From assembly GCF_001465295.1 (NCBI RefSeq), contig NZ_CP011034.1, positions 2,280,001 to 2,312,000 on the forward strand: DNA of 32,000 nt. Direction: 5' to 3'. The notes under the pieces were generated by a model. The model ran no database searches. It was not told where the DNA came from and worked only from the letters and a program-made list of their open reading frames with translations. Source of the stretch: Pseudoalteromonas translucida KMM 520. GTDB lineage: Bacteria > Pseudomonadota > Gammaproteobacteria > Enterobacterales > Alteromonadaceae. The translations under genes were made by a program, and so were the position numbers. Below, piece after piece: positions 27,801 to 32,000 of the stretch (position 1 is its first letter; the number at the start of each line of letters is the position of its first letter).

Positions 27801-28852
27801 ATTTCATGTTGTAGCGCTAACCCGCCGAGAGTAGCCATCCAACCAAGCATTCCTCTCAATTCATCACGAACAATATTATTTGAAACTATTACTGTTTTAC
27901 AAACTCTTAAAGTTAGTGGATCTTGATTACTCTGTATTCGCTTTACTAAATACTGGGCGGCACAATATTCAGCAATAATTTTGTGAACAGCTCGATGCTG
28001 ATCAACATCATCTGCAAGTTTAAATAAGCGAGAATCTATAATGCTTGATAGATCTAAGCCCTCTCTTATTAGTGCATTAATATTGGGGTATAAGTATTCC
28101 TCTGATAAATCACTAACACTTACTCCTTCAGCACCTGATAAAAGAGTTTTAGAAAATACTTCTGAAGCGAGCTCTATTTTTTTCTTATACGCGAAATCTA
28201 TTCCAGTTCTTCTTTTTGCCGAAGGGTTAAGCTCTTTAGCTAAGTGCTCAACTGCTTTTTCAAAGATGGAGCTTTTACTTTTAAATTTTCGATTACTTTC
28301 AATGTAGGCATCTGCAAACATTTTCAAAAACTGAGGGTTCGGAAGTAAAACATCTAAATTAAAGCGTGAAACTTCTGTATAAAAATTATCAAAATCTTCA
28401 TCAGGCAAGTGGTGATCAAAAATCTTCCTTTGCTCTAATTCATTAAACTCCCTCAGCCTTAAAACCAGAGGAACACATTCTAAATACTCTATAACCGCTT
28501 GTGCTGAGTCACTGCTCCATTCACTTGAGCGACTTGATATTATTAAAGTTTCAGGTTTTGACTCTATGACTTTAGCTAATAATTTGTGTATACCACAGTT
28601 GTCAATCTTGGATAGTTCATCCAAGGCATCTATAACAAGAAAATCCCTAAATAATTTACTAGAATACAAATACTTGCTAGCAGTGACTGGGTTAGTATTA
28701 GCCTTACTTGCTAAGCTTTTAAGAAACTCAGTCTTACCAGCTCCTGGTTCTGCTAAAATAATTACACACTTAGAGACACTCAAGAGTTCATCTTCAGCAT
28801 AAATTTGCTCATCATTTTCAAGAGTACGCTGAAGATAAATATTTGAAGTCAT
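24812..28852 (-). CDS. NACHT-like STAND P-loop NTPase (1346 aa) with a helical/HEAT-like repeat body and a C-terminal PD-(D/E)xK-like nuclease-fold domain
   Basis: Walker A ILAEPGAGKTEFL (aa 31-44), Walker B FLVIDALDEL (aa 71-80), sensor-like LIISSRSS and NPQFLKMF. The middle is long and helical with HEAT-like segments. The last ~130 aa read ..INAEHQTKDKNRIDITASKVMDGIRRLLVIEAKGQWH.., which fits an E...D...ExK pattern. Confidence 0.75.
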   Translation of the reverse strand: MTSNIYLQRTLENDEQIYAEDELLSVSKCVIILAEPGAGKTEFLKSLASKANTNPVTASKYLYSSKLFRDFLVIDALDELSKIDNCGIHKLLAKVIESKPETLIISSRSSEWSSDSAQAVIEYLECVPLVLRLREFNELEQRKIFDHHLPDEDFDNFYTEVSRFNLDVLLPNPQFLKMFADAYIESNRKFKSKSSIFEKAVEHLAKELNPSAKRRTGIDFAYKKKIELASEVFSKTLLSGAEGVSVSDLSEEYLYPNINALIREGLDLSSIIDSRLFKLADDVDQHRAVHKIIAEYCAAQYLVKRIQSNQDPLTLRVCKTVIVSNNIVRDELRGMLGWMATLGGLALQHEIIKLDPYAVLANGDPSQLDRSSKRLLLSQLTQIEKNDPYFRRGDFWRRYSTVGFFDKNMAEDIKPILENKSDGHLRDLVLTIIKESQVIEHLSPNLINILFEPNERLDTRRLAMECLFSLIDSDDIKILETLISESSNTSLNIAAKGIEFLGANSIDLGILKRFFRACSNLYPTEKTSLDDRRLQGNRYFINKLVWTLSAENTERLLNFLTDELTCSCGKEYYECFCRDGISKLVGKLLDHYFDITSLPYNPEQIWGWLKNLNYHREGSDNFCKSVKAIRENKDLRQGLFKTAFSGITERKKIYDLKQSRFEPYCGAHSGLCFSVEDIEYLINLAFEENNLELWSTFITRHYYFQHNKLKLNNQIRSIMRKHANQKLEFMREWAKANNTDYSIGLQIRKRNSKFNRLDRKNKKCESKNRADNISFIQRNRALIESGGHFGWLVNFSECLLFEPENIQKEFGDEELVRTSLKNCTSLIAPDVPDLRKLAELRSLSQWLLIETVLYALCIETIRMQGNLGNISKQILTAVKTRCNIYYDAVTEDERGLLKCEIDRLLFPDVTSKENYLKEYVEPQLDKFKCEHPEVEVLRDDEIFSEFKANLPLEWLNKYSGLSYYALDILFDLAVHYGDKEQLKGLILIRCDEWLGRIESPHIDKSEEKIIQFWFLRAFYFLNLCDSQKLFNFLTQKKSSIFLFEGISSSLNSGSRDTFPSLSSDKIYLLLDRFIEDWPQVNLPSSYGTSSPDGERAYRFLVDISWQIELDASERTIHIIEQLIEDSRFQVMCQNLKSMRANQIRALAMRNFIPPNISKVIDLLDNCEIVTVEGLRDRVLYELDKYQKDIKGGEFNPGNRFYSQGGVRLDEVSSVEIIADYLKPRLEADSIVINAEHQTKDKNRIDITASKVMDGIRRLLVIEAKGQWHTELFSAAGNQLAERYSIHPDAEGQGIYLVIWFGAEEKVANRKQHGLKSADELKAKLENDLPKNLVGLIDIFVLDVSKD

Positions 28853-28904
28853 AGATTCTCTATATATACAAATTAAAGTAAGGTATTTACTCTTTAATTA
28901 AGCC

Positions 28905-29213
28905 TTAAAATATTTTGGAAGCTTTAATACTATCAAGCAGTTTCGCCTTATCATGCTGGTCTGCTTTACCCCATGCGCAAATTAATTCAGCCAAGTCATC
29001 TTCTTCACAATAAAAGTAAGCAACTGGCACATCTAGCTCTTTAGCTATGCGTTTCATGGTTAAAAAATCAGGGGCATGTTTGCCTTTTTCGTATTGGTTC
29101 ATGCGAGCACTAGCCGTGTTTGGCTCCATTCCTAATGCCATACCAAGCTGTTGCTGAGTAAGGCCAGCTGCTTTTCTTGCAGACTTTAGGCGTGAAGGTG
29201 TTGGAGTTTCCAT
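28905..29213 (-). CDS. XRE-family helix-turn-helix transcriptional regulator
   Basis: LKSARKAAGLTQQQLGMALGMEPNTASARMNQYEKGKHAPDFLTMKRIAKELDVPVAYF is a canonical Cro/C1 HTH_3 sequence. AAGG lies 6 nt upstream of the ATG. Confidence 0.85.
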   Translation of the reverse strand: METPTPSRLKSARKAAGLTQQQLGMALGMEPNTASARMNQYEKGKHAPDFLTMKRIAKELDVPVAYFYCEEDDLAELICAWGKADQHDKAKLLDSIKASKIF

Positions 29214-29241
29214 GTGAACCTTAGCTATAAAACATATCTTG

Positions 29242-29290
29242 CTAAGATTCTCTTAGTATCCAACCCATAAGTGTACTAAGGATATTTTAG
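29242..29290 (-). promoter_or_regulatory. Candidate Xre operators in the xre promoter: CTAAG attct CTTAG (29242-29256) and CTAAG gatat TTTAG (29276-29290)
   Basis: Read directly from the sequence. The half-sites and N5 spacing match the palindrome at the tniQ start. Confidence 0.35.
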
Positions 29291-29302
29291 TTTTTAGAAA
29301 AG

Positions 29303-30079
29303 TTAAAGATAATCTTTTTTCAGGCCGGCCAATCGAATTTTACTAGTTGTAAATTGTTTTGTAACTGAGTCAATATATTGATAAAGGCTGAGCTCAATTT
29401 CATCAAAGCTCGTTCGGTGTCTGTGCTCAATTGTTATACCAAATTCTTTCAAAACTTCTATTAGCTTTGTTTGATGGTTTGTATATTTATATCTTAAGTT
29501 AGTATCTTTAGCATCATTGTATCTTTGGTTTGAGTCCTCAATTACAGCTATTACGTCATTTAATTTTCGATCGTACAGTCTAAAAAAGTTAAATTTACCA
29601 CTTCTAGAGTCTGGGAACACTAAAGCATAATATGTATACAAATCAATACGTTCTGGACTTAACAAGTGGTCCCGTTCAATTTGAGCTGAACAGAATTCTG
29701 CAAAGTTACTTAAGTTGTTGTTATGGTTTGACATTATGCTATTTTCTAATGATAAAGCATACGTTTTCCACCCAATATACACACCCAATCCAGCTAGTAT
29801 AGTTCCAAATATAACAGTCAATTCTTTACTGAAAGATAGGGAATAGATGAACCGTTCATTAACAATTTTTAAACAAGAATTGGTTAAACATAATCCCCAA
29901 GTTAAGTTCTCATCATTGATAAATTCAATTGCAACGCCTATAACTAGCAACAACTGTAGGGAAATATAAAGTAAAAAAAGGAATACAAACCAGCTTTTAG
30001 TTCTAACGCTTAAAAGGTAATTCACCGAAATATGTTTTTTCAAATTGATAAATATGCTCTTAAATTTATCCAATGTCAT
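29303..30079 (-). CDS. Two-TM membrane protein, putative effector partner of the RT
   Basis: TM helices WFVFLFLLYISLQLLLVIGVAIEFI and LTVIFGTILAGLGVYIGW, followed by a ~150-aa soluble tail. I prefer the ATG at 30079 (AAGGA 9 nt upstream), which overlaps the RT stop by 14 nt. The track start at 30118 is a GTG with no SD. Confidence 0.6.
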   Translation of the reverse strand: MTLDKFKSIFINLKKHISVNYLLSVRTKSWFVFLFLLYISLQLLLVIGVAIEFINDENLTWGLCLTNSCLKIVNERFIYSLSFSKELTVIFGTILAGLGVYIGWKTYALSLENSIMSNHNNNLSNFAEFCSAQIERDHLLSPERIDLYTYYALVFPDSRSGKFNFFRLYDRKLNDVIAVIEDSNQRYNDAKDTNLRYKYTNHQTKLIEVLKEFGITIEHRHRTSFDEIELSLYQYIDSVTKQFTTSKIRLAGLKKDYL

Positions 30080-31250
30080 ATTTTCGATCCTTTGGCTCAA
30101 TTTCTTTAAGTCGCTCACTTATTTCGGTGTATTTATCTTTATATAATCTTTTTATAATTCCATTCATATAAACAACTAGGTTAAATCTTTTTTTGTACCA
30201 GTATTTCTCCCTATAACTATCAGGGTAGGTTTCGAGCTTTTTAATTATAAAAAAACAATGTTTTATATCAACTGCCGATGGCAATGGCTGAATATCACTT
30301 AAAGCGTTTTTAAAGTAGCCGTGTTTTGGATGCTTGACCCTTGCTAGCTTGTGAATGCGACCTAAACATCTATCAAAAGATCTGCGATAACTTCTGCTTT
30401 TCCTAAAGTTATTTTCTTGAGCTTTCTTTGTTAATGCATGTACTTCTGCTCTGATTTTTGCAATCTCTTTAGCAGGTAAACGTGGCTGGTCAAACTCAAC
30501 TCTAAGCCCGTGTACCATCAAGGGCTTTATCGAGCTATAAGACACCTCTTCTTTTTGCTCATTTATTGGCAAATCTTTTTGCAGAAGCATGTCTTCAATT
30601 AATTTTTTTGCAGTGTTGAAATTAAAATTAGAAGCTGTACTAGAAACGGAGATATCATCAATGAACCTAGTATAAGTAAGTCCCTTACGTTCTAATCGTT
30701 TAACCAGTAAGTGTTCTAAGTCAAAAAATATTAAGTTAGCTACATAGCTTGAGGTCAATGCGCCTTGAACCAATGTATTTTCAAAGCAACAAACATCACA
30801 TATGAAATCGGCTACTTCATTTGAAAGATCTAAAGTATTAACCAAAATATCTTTTATATGCTCTTTATGAATATTATCGAAGAAATCTGATATATCCATT
30901 TTTAAAAGGCTTTTTGCTCCACAATGCTTTTCAGCACATTTGATGTGGTCTCTGCTATCCTCAATTCCATTAATTAACTTTGGTATAGAACCGTATACAA
31001 ACTCAGGCCAAATTATTTTAGGCTTGAAAAAGCGGTTATTGATTCTTCTCTGAAATTTTCTGGTCAATTTATTAGGACATAAAACTCTTCTCTTAGAACC
31101 ATCACTTTTATATGCAGATTTAACAGGTTCACGATATCTAGAAGAGCTATTTGAGGATATAAAAGCTTCATAATCATCTTCTAAATCTAGAAAAGATATA
31201 AAGTTTTCAAGCTTTTTAATTGGGTCGCCTCGGTAATACTTAATTTCCAT
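30066..31250 (-). CDS. Reverse transcriptase, retron-type or defence-associated
   Basis: RT motifs 1-7 are present: RRVLCPNKLTRKFQRRI, LLKMDISDFFDNI (motif A), LVQGALTSSYVANL (motif B, QGxxTSP-like), YTRFIDDISVS (motif C, xxDD), INEQKEEV, and MVHGLRV (compare retron VTG). There is no endonuclease or maturase domain. Confidence 0.85.
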   Translation of the reverse strand: MEIKYYRGDPIKKLENFISFLDLEDDYEAFISSNSSSRYREPVKSAYKSDGSKRRVLCPNKLTRKFQRRINNRFFKPKIIWPEFVYGSIPKLINGIEDSRDHIKCAEKHCGAKSLLKMDISDFFDNIHKEHIKDILVNTLDLSNEVADFICDVCCFENTLVQGALTSSYVANLIFFDLEHLLVKRLERKGLTYTRFIDDISVSSTASNFNFNTAKKLIEDMLLQKDLPINEQKEEVSYSSIKPLMVHGLRVEFDQPRLPAKEIAKIRAEVHALTKKAQENNFRKSRSYRRSFDRCLGRIHKLARVKHPKHGYFKNALSDIQPLPSAVDIKHCFFIIKKLETYPDSYREKYWYKKRFNLVVYMNGIIKRLYKDKYTEISERLKEIEPKDRKYDIG

Positions 31251-31264
31251 ATAATACCATTTTG

Positions 31265-31481
31265 GTTGGATGCCGTACCAAGCATGCGCTTTTATACCGT
31301 TTCTCTAGGCTAAAGGTTAACCATCACATTCTTTAAGTCAAATCTCAGCAACCACTGGTTAAACTTCGGTACGGCTGATCCATAGCTTGCTATTGCCTCC
31401 GCCAGCCGGAGGCGTGGTGGGGCCCTGAGCGTAGATGACATAGTCACCGTTATGTATGTAGCATACATAACACAGCTGAGA
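31265..31481 (-). ncRNA. Structured non-coding leader upstream of the RT, candidate msr-msd-type ncRNA
   Basis: About 350 bp between tnsC and the RT has no ORF in the track. Local hairpins lie at 31449-31471 (10-bp perfect stem), 31434-31448 and 31395-31413 (7-bp GC stem). Long-range pairings are 31364-31375 with 31272-31282 (GCCGUACCgAAG/CUUGGUACGGC), 31475-31481 with 31343-31349, and 31356-31362 with 31317-31323. Boundaries are not determined. Confidence 0.45.
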
Positions 31482-31572
31482 ATTTTTAATAACCTTAAAT
31501 GCAGTGAATAAGTGAATCACTTACGCAGATTACAATCTAATTGATAATCGACCATAATTCAACAAATTAAGA

Positions 31573-31592
31573 CAGCTTATTTATCTAAGCTG
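31573..31592 (-). terminator. Hairpin CAGCTTA gataaa TAAGCTG followed by T-rich sequence, downstream of tnsC
   Basis: 7-bp stem read on the minus strand. Followed by tcttaatttgtt. Confidence 0.45.
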
Positions 31593-31603
31593 AATAAGTA
31601 AGG

Positions 31604-32000
31604 TTATTTCCTTAACAACTGACTAATCGGCATCCGGTCAGTAAACTTGGTCGCTATAAACGGGTCTTCATCTTGAGAGCTTTCAGGCTTATAAAGTGAA
31701 TAGCGCTCGACTTCGCTTGCTGTTATTTCTGCTACAGGCAAGGTAAATAAATTAGGAACATCCGGAAAGAGTACCTCAAATGCTTTAACTAAATGCTTGG
31801 TTGTGAGAGTTTTCGCGTTGTCCATTAATGCATAAAGTACGGCATCATCTAAAAAGTATTTTAATGTTCTAAAGCAACCTTTTGATAATGAGAACAAAGT
31901 AAACACTGTTGCTTGCTCACTTAAGTTTGGCTTTTCGGCAAATGGCATACGGTTGGCTAGACCAATTATTAGTTGTACAAAATGCTTTGGGTTTTCTGAC
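31604..32000 (-). CDS. tnsC: TnsC (TniB-like AAA+ regulator of Tn7-like transposition), C-terminal part. The 5' end is outside the window.
   Basis: The frame stays open from 31604 to the window edge (..SENPKHFVQLIIGLANRMPFAEKPNLSEQ...). The C-terminal sequence is TniB/TnsC-like (..SKGCFRTLKYFLDDAVLYALMDNAKTLTTKHL..). Its position and orientation match tnsC upstream of tniQ-cas in I-F3 CASTs. Confidence 0.7.
   Translation of the reverse strand, partial: SENPKHFVQLIIGLANRMPFAEKPNLSEQATVFTLFSLSKGCFRTLKYFLDDAVLYALMDNAKTLTTKHLVKAFEVLFPDVPNLFTLPVAEITASEVERYSLYKPESSQDEDPFIATKFTDRMPISQLLRK

Larger units (their letters stand above)
13394..32000 (-). mobile_element. Type I-F3 CRISPR-associated Tn7-like transposon (CAST), left end through the 3' end of tnsC. 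The right part lies outside the window.
   Basis: A Tn7-type left end at 13394 is followed by a co-oriented tnsC(3')...tniQ-cas8f/5f-cas7f-cas6f-CRISPR set. No cas1, cas2 or cas3 is present in the window. GC content drops relative to the backbone. Confidence 0.8.

Noticed and set aside
30080-30118. GTG start at 30118 for the 2-TM gene, as given in the track
   Set aside because: No Shine-Dalgarno sequence lies upstream, and it would give a 53-nt overlap with the RT. The ATG at 30079 has AAGGA at the proper distance.
31313-31468. 52-codon minus-strand ORF (MYATYITVTMSSTLRAPPRLRLAEAIASYGSAVPKFNQWLLRFDLKNVMVNL) upstream of the RT as a real small protein
   Set aside because: It has no RBS and runs through several stable hairpins. 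Its composition looks like translated structured RNA. I noted it only in the ncRNA finding.

Overview
The window looks like a chromosomal segment of a roughly 40% GC marine gammaproteobacterium. Gene content suggests Pseudoalteromonas or another Alteromonadales member, but this is inference only.

Bases 1-13393 are ordinary backbone with some decay:
- the 3' end of an S8 peptidase gene
- an outer-membrane barrel and a secreted Ser/Thr-rich protein
- a FAN1-like VRR-NUC/DEDDh exonuclease fusion preceded by a LexA box
- a small AT-rich islet holding a phosphatase remnant and a DUF2971 gene
- a sugar-porter pseudogene
- a yeeE/yedE-type gene pair
- a COG0523 GTPase operon with a Zur-like box
- two back-to-back gene remnants
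- an acetyl-CoA hydrolase/transferase gene

From 13394 to the window edge I read the left 18.6 kb or more of a Tn7-like type I-F3 CRISPR-associated transposon (CAST, Tn6677-like). In order it contains:
- a TGTTGTTT terminus with three TnsB-type repeats
- cargo genes, including an IS21-family copy with an amber-disrupted istA and a 7-bp target-site duplication
- a 2-spacer type I-F CRISPR array with an atypical terminal repeat
- cas6f-cas7f-cas8f/5f-tniQ
- about 6.8 kb of defence-type cargo wedged between tniQ and tnsC
- the 3' end of tnsC, which runs off the window

The wedged cargo has two modules. One is an XRE regulator plus a 1346-aa NACHT-like STAND NTPase with a C-terminal PD-(D/E)xK-like domain. 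The other is a reverse transcriptase plus a 2-TM protein, retron-like, preceded by a structured non-coding leader.

tnsA, tnsB, the right end and the attachment site lie outside the window. All family calls rest on motifs read by eye and on recalled homologues. No searches were run.
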